NCBI GenBank assembly: GCA_040954595.2
Contig: CM082588.2
Span: 5,272,156-5,336,155, forward strand
Direction: 5' to 3'
DNA length: 64,000 nucleotides
Source: Balanoglossus misakiensis
Taxonomy: Eukaryota > Animalia > Hemichordata
This document shows positions 51,066 to 62,472 of this stretch, piece by piece. Position numbers and translations under genes: made by a program. The notes beneath the pieces are model-generated. The model saw only the letters and a program-made list of their open reading frames with translations. It had not been told where the DNA came from and searched no databases. The first letter of the stretch is position 1. Each line of letters opens with the position of its first letter.

Positions 51066-54000
51066 ACGTGGTGGTGGCGAAATTTTAACATTACGAGGGG
51101 ACTAAAGGCCACAGCTCTGTTTTAATTTGGTCAACGCACGCCACGGGCGACAAATTGAGAGATAACTATGCCGTAGGCGTCCCCGCCTTCGGCTGGTCTT
51201 CGTGATTGACGCGACGTCTTTATGGCAAGTGATAAGGTTGTACATGTATGTAGGCGGTAATCACGAGGAGTAACAAACAAACTAACCAGACGCGTGACAA
51301 AACAAACCGTGTTGTTGCTAAAACAACACACGCGAAGTTATATTACAATTATCCGTAACTACTAAAAGCAAAATAACAAAACAACAAAAAGGTTCTATAA
51401 CTAAATTGTGGTCCGCTTTGGTTTTCAGTTAATGTGCTCATACACTTTGTCATGCTACCGTTTACTGTTTCCAGTGCAATGTAATAATTGTGGTTTGTCA
51501 CCAAACCACAATAAATCTAGCGTTTTGACAAATTGAGCGTTGCTGGTAACTGGTTGCCTGTGGTTTTGTAAGTGGGCCTTCTCAATGAATAACCCGAGAT
51601 AAGTAATACCCAGGTCTGCGTTTTCCCTTATTAATTTCACAGAAGCTGACATGCCTTTGGTGTCATGGTGAACTTGGTGCAAATTGGAATCTTACAATAA
51701 CCCCGTTCCACGGTTTATACAGACATCACTCATTAATTATCACACGTTTGTGTTGGTGGCGTGATTTCACTCAGAACACATTAAATTGTCACATTTGATC
51801 GTCAATACCTTAAAATCAAGCTCGAGGTTCTATGCTCGATATAACTATACCAGGCCTGGCAACTTCAGCACCCCGGCGAAATATGCAGATATTTCGTCAA
51901 CATTTCCGCCTACCTTTTGTTCAGGAATTGTAGCCTAACATCCGTCGTCATGTTGTGTAGTGTACTAAGATAATCCACACTGGGTAGTGCGTCGTTGTGA
52001 AAGTAAAATGTATAGTCTCCTCTGGACATCGTCGAATCAACTTCAAAGAAGCCTTGTCGGTTCAAATCTTTAGGGAGGGGAAATTCTCTCCCTTGCGTCG
52101 GTGTCTGTGCATCTGTTGCTCAACGGCGGTCGGTAGGTTTTATGATAAGTTAAGTCCCGCGTCGCCCAGGTGGGATCTGTCAGACCCTCTAAGTCCCCTT
52201 TAAAGTTCGTAACGAGAGAGAAACGCATCTAATTCGACCTGAATTTCATATGATTATAAGTGTCATTTGGGAGATAAACTATGGAGGCGTTATGCGCACG
52301 AGAGGGTTTCATGCTATATTTCATGTTTGCAAATTATGAAGAACTTCAGAAGAGCTATACTGAAAGCTGACTTCTAGGCGACAAAACTAGGGTGTCAAAC
52401 TCCGGCATCGTGTTGACACGGCGCGTGAACCTTAGTCCGCCGGGCTCTGATTCATCACCCGTTGTGTCAACACACTTCACGTGCCCGCCGACTAAATATC
52501 ATTGTTACCAATTGAAAAAAAAACTGCCATAACTGCTCAAGTGTGGTCTTTAATCTATGACTATTGTCGGTCGGCATTCCTCCAGCTCCCGGCATCCACT
52601 TGTGACCCGCTATATCAGCCGTGTTATGCGAGGTTAGACTGGCTCCCCGGGGCACCTAGTACATATACGGGCCACTCGAACTTTTTCGGACGTCCAGCCG
52701 AGTTTGGGGTTGGTGATCAGAGTCCGGAACGCGCGTGCGTCCGACTTGGGGCGTATGACGAGTGACTGCGCCTGACTCACGCGTGATCCAGCTGCCTCTG
52801 AGTTGGTAGTGGTATATGTGCGCATACAAAGTACGACCAGTTGGCAAAAAAGTCAAATATCTGGAAGGTCGTGGACGCGAATAACCTGCGAACAACGGAA
52901 TTCAGAGCATAAGCTTAGGAAGGAAGCAGAACTTCAGGTGCCCTTTAATTTCAAGTGAATGCGTGACAGAGACAGGCTATTCTGATCATTTTATTTTAAC
53001 GGCGTATACATGTACATATGTATATGCAAGGTATGATGCCACAAGTGAGAACCGTACTCTAGCCAAAATAAAGCGTTTATCATTCTGTCCTTGGATAAGC
53101 TGTGCACGTCATGATGATAAAATTATCACATTAACTGGCTGAAACCACAAATAGAACATCCACGTTAGATCAGTGCAACAGATAAAGAATCGGATATGAT
53201 AAAGTTATTCGTGACCCGCTGACATCGTTGTGTGCGTGATTAGATATTCTCACGCGGACAATTATAGTGCAAATGATAATTGCCAATGGGCCATTATCAT
53301 GTCTCCCATATGACCTTACATCCGCGTACTTTCGTGACATGAATCTAAAAGTCTGATAAAAACACCCTAATGTCCCAGCTGTAGTCAACTTATGTACTGA
53401 ATTACCAAAGTCACTCTTTTTTCATTTGTAATGATTTTCGCATTTCTCAGGTTGTACCAACACCGGAGATACCTATACCATTTTGGAGACTAATTAAATA
53501 TTCCTTGCGTGGTATCAATTCATTCCCGGCGGATTTGTGGGATCAAGGGGCAATGACTACGTAAGTATATACCTGACACAGAAATGTACTAGTGGTTCGT
53601 TTTATTAATCATTTTGTTTTTGGCCGGTCATCTTCGCCATCATGATACTAGTAGTAGGGAACAACGAAAGAAATTATGCACATCACGTTGGGGGCGAACT
53701 CACGCCCGCCGCACTGGTGTCGGTGGTCATGTTGGCAAACAATGTACATGTAGTGTCACGGTGTGTGGAGTGACCGTGGTAGTGTAGATGAACATATGTT
53801 TTGCGTGTGTATTTTATGTAACTTTTATGACTCAACAAATACTAACTAACTTATTTGCTCATTCAATGTTCTTATCTTTCGCTACGTTTCGAATGTCTGC
53901 TATGACTTTACCGGCCTACACTCGCTCCAATCATGTTTAGGCATGTAAACAAATGTTGCTGAAATCTCTTTTATTTTATGCATAAACACTTGGGGCAAGT

Positions 54001-55268
54001 TTGTGGTGTCGACAACGTGGCAACGCTTCAACGCCACAAATATATGAATATGCATAAGAAAAGGAAGTGTGAATTAAATCTTACGTCTGCTTTTGAAATT
54101 AAGTTGATTGTTATGCTAATTATACCCCTGGACATATGTGTAAGGGATTCACACGTCACCGTCACTTCATTAGGATTTGCATCCCCGCACAGTCCACGGC
54201 TTGTGTTATTGTAGTCTTTGTCTGTGTTGTCTATGGTTGTATTGTGTGATACCCACATCAGTCATCCGGGGTTTTGTCTTACTTATTTAAGTTGGTGTGG
54301 GAGTTGTCTGAAGTGTTACTGAAATCAGTGTCGAGCTCTGTGTTGTTTGGAGTTGCACTTCATATAGAAGACACAGCTTCCGTCGCCCACTTCCGCCGTC
54401 AACTTCGCGAGTTATTGGCCACGAGTTTTAAAGGCGAGTTGCGACCCTCTCACTACAACTGTGGTACCTCTATCCTACAGCAGGCTGCGATTTGGATTGT
54501 CTCGGTAAGTACCCTTGCTGTTCGTCAAATTTGGGCGTATGCCGCTGTTTATTTGTGTGGAGAAATCCGCGACTGTTTTTGTGCCCTGGTAATGAGTAAC
54601 AGCGATTGCATTGTATATGAAGAACACAAGACCACAGTCGAATTGGAGCAAAGAGGGGTCCACAATCCACCGTGATGAAGACGAGCAACTATATGCACAT
54701 GAAAATGACCAACGATATTGCATTTAAAATGATAGCTTTTCGGTTTGTTTTTCGGGCAGTCTAGTGCCACGTGATTTTATTTCGACGTACCAAATGATAC
54801 CACTGCACAGATAGTCCAGCAATCAGCCATAGGATTGCGCTCTTGGGGAGTGTTAGTACAGTGCACGGTTTAAAATAATTACGTAACAGTTTATTGAACT
54901 CTGGTACCAAAACAGCTGCGCTGTAATCGCGTGTGATATTCAGAATCTCCTTATGTCATATTTGGAAGCACATTTCTCGAGATATAACTTCCATGACTGA
55001 ACCATGCTTAGCTGCAATGGTTAGCTGCAGCGGATGCTGCTAGGTTGACTGGTGTTCGCAGCACTAGTCAAACCAGAGACCCTGGAGCTCCAGCCGCACT
55101 CCCTACTATGATTACAGCTGAGCTCTTTCAAACCCCTTGACCCGGCGACATAGATAATAATTGAACACTCTTTTTGTCAATAGTAACAATTCCAGAGGAA
55201 AATCCACTGAGGCTCCCTTGAAGACGCCGAATATCAAGTATCACCAAGACTAACAATAAGAACGGAAA

Positions 55269-57639
55269 ATGTTGCACGCTGCTCGACGCCTGTCCTCTGC
55301 CCGAGTTCTGGCTCCATTGTCTAGGTGTGCCACCCCCGCCATCTCCGTTATCACTCGGAGCCAGCACGCCGTGCCCTCGAACGAGGCTGTAAACAGTGCG
55401 AACAAGCACATGCCAAGACTTCTTGATCTAAGAAATGGCGAAAAGGTGAGAATGGATGTTCATCTTTTGACATTTTAATCTACTTGTGTTTTGTCCCGGA
55501 CACTACAGTGTAGTTTAGAGCTTGACATGATCGTTGCCGTAGCAGCATCTCCGCTTACTTCAACTTATATCGAGCAGTTTCAAGTTGAATGGCCAATATT
55601 GCAACTTGGTGTAAAGAGATCAATTGAATGCAATTATCTCACGTGAAACAAAAGTAATGACACAAATAGCGATTTATTTTCAGTTAATATAATATTTTAA
55701 TGTGTACACATTTTCACATATAATGTATTTTGCAGGTCAAATCCACATTTTCCGAGGATGAAATGCAGCGTCGTGTTGGAGGACTTCGCAAACACATGGA
55801 AGAGAATGGTCTAGTTGCCAGCGTGTTAACCTCCTACCACAACATCAACTATTTCAGCGACTTTCTGTACTGTTCGTTCGGTCGGCCGTATGCGCTGATA
55901 GTGACCATGGACAAGACCGTCACGGTCTCGGCCAATATCGACGGCGGCCAACCATGGCGTCGTAGCCAGGAGGACAACGTGACGTACACCGACTGGCACA
56001 AGGACAACTACTACCACGCCATCGGGCGAGTCCTGAAGGACTACATGGGGAAAATCGGCGTCGAGTACGACCACATGCCGTTGGACACCTTCAAGAAGTT
56101 CGAGAAGGCGTTGCCCGTCCGACCACTTGTTGACGTCGGCGATCCCACCATGAAGATGAGAATGAAGAAGTCACCGGAAGAGATCGATCTCATCAAAGAG
56201 GGCGCTCGCATCGCCGACGTGGGTGGTTGGGCCTGTGTCGAGGCACTCGGCGAAGGGGTTCGTGAACACGAGATTGCTCTGGCGGGAACTCAAGCCATGG
56301 TCAGAGAAATTGCCGACACCTACCCACACGCGGAATTACGAGACAGTATGTATCTTAGCTTGTATCTTAGCTAGCTTGTAACATTTCTCAGTATCCCCTG
56401 TGATGTAACTCCACGTCACACTGCAGAAAGCGACGACGAGATTCTGAAAGCTTTGCTGATTGGCTAAAACACACATTCTTCTGTTTTGCAGCTTGGGTAT
56501 GGTTCCAATCGGGTATTAACACTGACGGGGCACACAACCCTGTCACAAGTCGACCTATTCAGAAAGGAGACATTCTAAGTCTCAACTGCTTTCCAATGAT
56601 CGCAGGGTAGGTGATTGATTAGTCGATTGGTTGGTTGGTTGGTTGATTGATTGAATGATTGAAATTTATTAGCATATTATCTAATGCTTAGTTGATTGAC
56701 ATCTTTATCGTATATAAGGTGGACAGATATATAGCTTCACAAATCAGTAGTATTGCTGCGGACAAAGTGTGTCAAATTATAAAACTAGTAAAAGCAATGT
56801 ATTATCAATACATAATAAACACGTGCATGATTTTATCACCAGATATTACACAGCCCTGGAACGGACTATGTTCTATGACCACGTGCCCTCCGACCGTCAC
56901 TTGGAGTTGTGGGAAATCAACTGCGAAGTTCATCGCAAAGGGCTGGAGCTGATACAACCGGGGAAGAGATGCTGCGATATCGCCGCCGAGTTGAATGAGA
57001 TCTACGCCAAGTATGACGTGTTGAAGTTCCGCACGTTCGGCTATGGGCACTCGTTTGGGACGCTGTGTCACTACTATGGGCGGGAAGCCGGTAAGATGGT
57101 CTTTTCTCACAATTTTCGTTGTGAAAGGTCTTTGAACATAAACTGTATTCGTCTTTCCTGTTTTGGTGTGAGAATTCGTTATACTGGAGCATGACAGATC
57201 ACAAGATCTGTCTCAGAAGTGTGTTCGCCCAATAAAACAATTATGCTGCTATCTGTGGTTCACTGCACGGATTATACATGTATCATCAATTTTGATTCAT
57301 ATACATTGTGAGGGTATTTGCAGATTTCAAACTGTCAACTTTTTCAAAATTTTAAACAAATCCAGAAAACCGATAATTTCAATGCCACATTCTTCATCAA
57401 ATGACCTTTTCTTCGCTCTTTTAGGCCTTGAACTACGGGAAGATATTGAGACTGTACTGGAGCCAGGGATGGTGGTTTCCATGGAGCCCATGTTAATGCT
57501 TCCGGAAGGTCAGCCAGGAGCCGGCGGATACAGGGAACACGACATTCTGGTCGTCAAGGAAGATGGCGCCGAAAATATCACCAAATTTCCGTTCGGACCA
57601 GAGCGTTTGGGACCTGAGCGCCTGACTGCCAAGAATTGA
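55269..57639 (+). CDS. Creatinase (creatine amidinohydrolase, EC 3.5.3.3, pita-bread fold) with putative mitochondrial presequence; 5 exons, 454 aa
   Basis: Exons 55269-55445, 55736-56345, 56492-56606, 56843-57090, 57425-57639; GT-AG, phases 0/1/2/1, 1365 nt. Motifs closely match bacterial creatinase: TSYHNINYFSDFLYCSFGRPYAL, SANIDGGQPWRR, WFQSGINTDGAHNPVT, SLNCFPMIAGYYTALERT, RTFGYGHSFG, YYGREAGLELRED, VVSMEPM, GAGGYREHDIL, ENITKFP. Confidence 0.95.
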
Positions 57640-58682
57640 ATGTGCTAATATAACATCGGACAGAACCCTTTAAAGGGGGGGGGGGGGGATTATAAGACTG
57701 GTTCTTAAAAGTCTTTGCACGCGGAAGCCTTAATTATATTTTTTAAATGATATGTACAAAATGAAGCAATGAACATTCGTGTTCCTTTTAATTCTTATTT
57801 AAGTGATGTTTATAAATGGATTTTGACGATGACACCAACATGACCTGTTGAATTTCAATAAGGGTCGATAAAGTTAATACTTCCTTAGGAGGTCATCGCG
57901 CATGTTATTTTATGCTTAATTGTAATCAAGCAATGAATAAATGCATTTTTATGTATATTAGATATTTGTACGGGCGTGTGTGGTGAAATAACCGGAATTA
58001 TGACACTTTACTCTTTTACGACATCAGGCAGCGCAACAACACCAGTCGTCAGCCGAGGCGGGTTCCTTCTGTTGGTCGATTTTTGCATATATACATGTAC
58101 TTAGCAGGATTTGGCCGTCTGATTGGATGATTCATATTTTGTGACAGGTGGTCTGACGAAGCCTTTCATGAGTCGAGGTTGGCTGTTCACGTCATCATCG
58201 CAAAGACTCGCGAAGGGGGAACATCTCTGGGCGGTTGTACCGGTAGATCTTGCTCACTGGTAAGTTCAATTTGACATTACTTATACATGTACACACAATC
58301 GCTCATGTACTAGCACTTGTTGCGGCAAATAAGCCAGAATGTGTGGTGTGTGAAATGTAGGATTTAGATAGCGTGGCCGTCCGCGGATGCATGCATATCA
58401 TTGAGTCACTCACCATTGTTATCCAAACATAACGAAGTGGTATTTTGTCGCATCCAAAATTCATTCGCGACGGTGATTCAAACATGCGTAACTGGCAGCG
58501 AAGAATGATTTTGGCCACGGGACTGGCCGTAGTGCGCCCACTTCTGACGGGGGCAATATATCAACCAGAAAACTGTACGATGTTAAAGTGTGTGGAGTTA
58601 TTTTAAAGCAGGAAAAAAACAGGGTGGTCACCATCAAAATCATTGGTTTACCTTTTCCTCTATTTAAATTTCAGCTGTCGGA

Positions 58683-60233
58683 ATGATCGCAAAAATGCAG
58701 ACGGGTCAAGATAGAAGAACGTACCGACTGGGCAGTTTTGGAATGCTATGTACCATTTGTCTGGGGGCCATAGTGGTGAGCAACCATCTTTTTGTAGCCA
58801 GCAATTTTAACGGGAAACCTATCCTTCGATCCCTTTACCGTTCAAATGTGGAAAAACAAAGCACACCTTCGCCTTGGAAATATTTGCCGGAAATTGGCCA
58901 TGAACACCGGCTTGATGGGGTAATCGACCGAATCAAATTCTTCAGAGAACAGACACTGATAGAAGAAATGGAATGGGGAGAATTTGGACTCACGCAAGAC
59001 AGTTATTGGAAAGCTTTGACTCGCAATACTTCGTTTGACGTGTTGAAGGAGTCGTTCAGAGACGTTTTGTTGACTGGTCGCAAGCTGAAGATCGGTTTGT
59101 CTGGGGGTTCCATCTCTACGGGGCTGTGCGCCGGACCGGAGAATTTATATCCGGAGCGATTGAAGAACAACCTGCAATTTATACTCGGTAGCCCCGTTGT
59201 TGTAGAAAATGGTGCCCTTGGATCGACGGGTTCGCTGTTTCACGTGTACTGCATGGACACTTTCCTGAATTTGAATGAAATCGACGTTTTGCTGTGGGAA
59301 TTCGCCGTCAATGACAACGCCCTCAACCAGACCTGCTTCGCCCAGGAGCTGTTCACGATCAAAGTGTTGAAGTTGCCTAAAGTGCCCGAGTTAGTCTACG
59401 TCAATTTTGTGATGATAAGAGAGGAACTGGATAAAAGTAGGCGCGGTTGTCAAACGCAAGAGACATACGCCCAGATCTGCAGTAAACCGCTGGCGCAACA
59501 CTACAATATTCCGTCCATGGATTTCCTGAGCGTTGTGTGCGATCTGGTAAAAGCAGGAACTCACAAACAATTTATGTGCCCGTATGGACCCAATTCCCAC
59601 CCGGACATAAAATTTCATAACATCGTCGGGACATATCTCTCTCGCTTATTTGTAGATGTTTTAGAGGAGGCAATAATCTCCCTTCGGAAAGAAATCGAGC
59701 AGAAATCTATATCTGTTGAACAGCGAGTGAAAAGGCGGCATGGTTTACCGAGACCGCTTTTCCCATCCAAACAGATTGTCAACTGCCAGTGTTGGTCCGC
59801 TTCCATACCGCCCACTGGGATGCATTTCCCGCTTATCCCAGTCGAGAACGGGACGTGGCAGTTTTTCGTCCCGGGCATGGGACGAGCTCGGATGGACCAG
59901 AAAAACGTGTGGATGTCAACTGAAGCCAATAGCACCATCGTCTTCCCCGTGAACATTGAACGTTACAAAAACGACACCGCTTGCTTGTACGTCGCTGTTT
60001 TGCTGTGCAAAGACTGCGGAATCGGCAAAGCCTGGCTGGATGACCTTCCACCGGTCGAGATAGACCCTCGTGGCAAATACGCGCTGGGTATGATTTTCCA
60101 GATCGCGGACAGCGTCTCTCGCGGCTATCACACCGTCAGTGTGAGAGCGTCAACGCCGGGATTCGCCGTGTTGGCGCTGTTGAGCGGATTTGAAGTCGAT
60201 GGCGTAAAGAGCAAAACGCAGAGAGTGGTGTAG
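58683..60233 (+). CDS. Type II membrane-anchored SGNH/GDSL-hydrolase-like protein (putative glycan O-acetyltransferase/esterase), copy 1, intronless CDS, 516 aa
   Basis: Long ORF; short basic N-tail then hydrophobic anchor (LGSFGMLCTICLGAIVV). SGNH-like blocks IGLSGGSISTG, VENGALGSTGS, LLWEFAVND and SHP, plus a C-terminal beta-rich region. A splice acceptor TTTCAG (~58669-58674) just upstream implies a 5'UTR intron. Function is inferred. Confidence 0.8.
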   Translation: MIAKMQTGQDRRTYRLGSFGMLCTICLGAIVVSNHLFVASNFNGKPILRSLYRSNVEKQSTPSPWKYLPEIGHEHRLDGVIDRIKFFREQTLIEEMEWGEFGLTQDSYWKALTRNTSFDVLKESFRDVLLTGRKLKIGLSGGSISTGLCAGPENLYPERLKNNLQFILGSPVVVENGALGSTGSLFHVYCMDTFLNLNEIDVLLWEFAVNDNALNQTCFAQELFTIKVLKLPKVPELVYVNFVMIREELDKSRRGCQTQETYAQICSKPLAQHYNIPSMDFLSVVCDLVKAGTHKQFMCPYGPNSHPDIKFHNIVGTYLSRLFVDVLEEAIISLRKEIEQKSISVEQRVKRRHGLPRPLFPSKQIVNCQCWSASIPPTGMHFPLIPVENGTWQFFVPGMGRARMDQKNVWMSTEANSTIVFPVNIERYKNDTACLYVAVLLCKDCGIGKAWLDDLPPVEIDPRGKYALGMIFQIADSVSRGYHTVSVRASTPGFAVLALLSGFEVDGVKSKTQRVV

Positions 60234-62472
60234 TCAAGAAGGAAAGTCGAACTCTAACAAAGAAACACAAACATGACATAAGGGACATCTTCTCCAAGCC
60301 AATCACAATGGTCTGCCATGTGATTTGACCCAAGATTATTCAAAGAGGTAGCATTTCAATTGCAATTTCTTAAAATCCAACGAATTGAGTATTTCTCTTA
60401 GGAGAGGACCAATTTTTTGAAGTGTTTGCTCGAATTCCACATTTACACGAGGGAGGGTCGAGGAGTAGTCTTCAAAATGTTCTTTAATTTTCTATTTGAA
60501 TGTTTGTGAACTCTTTGGACTAGATAACCTATTTGACTTTCAGAAGCTAAAAATGATTTGGCTGAAGTGGTATTTGAACACCTCAGAAATGCGTAACTGA
60601 AAACACCGAGAATGCGACAGTGCGCATGCTCACCAACTTTGGACGGTGCCCCCTGCATCGGCCCAGTGACAATTGTGCTGATGTTGTGAATTTTTGCTTC
60701 CCTTGGGACACGTAGGATGAAGTTGCTCAGTCCTTCTTGGGCAATGCGATGTCAAATCTGAATTTGTTTGTTGGCTATGTATGCAAAAATGGACAGCCTT
60801 CCTCTTTGCTAGGCAAAATGCTATGTTATTATCCAGTGAAATTCCGAAGGGGAATCCTATCAGAGTCAAATAAAATATATTTCGTACTTTATATCGAATT
60901 GCTATTCTTGTGTTCCTTCATACCAGTTTGAACCAGCTGCAAGTGTACTACAAATTTTGTATGATATAGCTGGAGGAGTCAAATCAATATAACACACTTG
61001 CGCATCGATTGTACGTTTCAAACGAATATTGTCAGTGAAGAATACCAGTATACAGTACTACAAAGGTCTGGAATTACGATTTTCAACAAAAAAGGATAAT
61101 CATCTTACAGCTCAACAGTAAAATTAAAAATTACCGAGTAAAACCACGCAGAAACACAACAAAATCACATAGAGGATAAAACGATATACATGTCAGAAAT
61201 TAAGTTTTCTGGTGGCCATTGGCACAAAACTCTTGCTGAATCTCAGCTAAGAACATTTGAGTCAACGATATCTACGGCCTGAGGGTAACATTTCAAAGCA
61301 AGAATACAAAGGATGGTTTATGACACGCATAATATGCAAAATATATACAACAATCACCCTTGGTGACCCCTCCCTTTAAGCCAATTAAATTCAGACAAAA
61401 CTGCACCAAGGATACCCCTTTATAACAGATGCACATGACCTTAGTATGGTAATTTATGTGCGTGGTATTTTGCATATACTCATTAGAATCTGGTCATCTG
61501 ATTGGATTATGCGTATTATACAGTAAACGACATGTCGCAGCGACCTCACGAGGATTTCAACTCGTTTAACCAGGGCCGAGACTTCAGGACCTAACACTCT
61601 TTCGAATGCTGACTTGAAACAGGAACTTCACATCTTATAACTGTAAGTTTTGTTTTGTGATATTGGCTTGCATAAATTCAATTTTAGGCCGAGTATTTGC
61701 GGGGGGTTAACGCGCCAGAAGTCGCATGCATGCAGTGGGCGTGTGACGTGGCCAACGGAGAAACCTGAACATGTACTAACGGATCATTCGACTTTTCGCC
61801 TGTGACGTTTTAGTTTGGTGGAGATGTGATCAGCACCTGAAATGGATTCATGCCGCCAAACGTTCTTGAAGTTTAATGTCTTTCCTGCGATTAACATGCA
61901 ACATGACATCAAATCATGACAACCCATTATTGCAATCGGTAGTATAACTAAGCCGGGTGCATGACACTACCGGGTATCCGCGAAGAAAAGCAGTTTTAAG
62001 CTTTAATCCATGAACTTACGACCATATGTTGTATTTTGCTCACATACATGTGGCATCTTAACTTGTGCAAGTTGATTTGAGGTCGGTTTTCGACCCTGCT
62101 GCGTTACTTGTTCACTGAAACGAATCAGGATATAAACCAAGCCCCCCAACTTGGTAATTAATGGTACTGACAAAATGGTTGCCGACCTCGGGCGTGGCTG
62201 GTTATTGCTGTTTTTCGATGCGTTTCTGTATATTTCGTGATTTGGGTTTTACTGCCGAATACCTAAGGTGTTTGTTTTAGGTCGTTTACTTGATGAAATG
62301 GGTTCATTTCAGTCGGGTTATGGTGGTTTACTGGTGTTTGGCTGGTTTTCACCATTTATCATATGCCGATGTAAGGCAGTTTAGGTCCATATTTCAATGT
62401 ATCCACTTACTGATTTAGTTCATTTTTTCTATTCTCTTTCACTTAATTTCGAATGCAGGATTGACTCTCAGA

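Noticed and set aside
55269-57639. Bacterial contamination, or Xaa-Pro aminopeptidase identity, for the creatinase
   Set aside because: Four phase-consistent GT-AG introns and continuity with animal genes exclude contamination; creatinase-specific motifs are present along the whole length.
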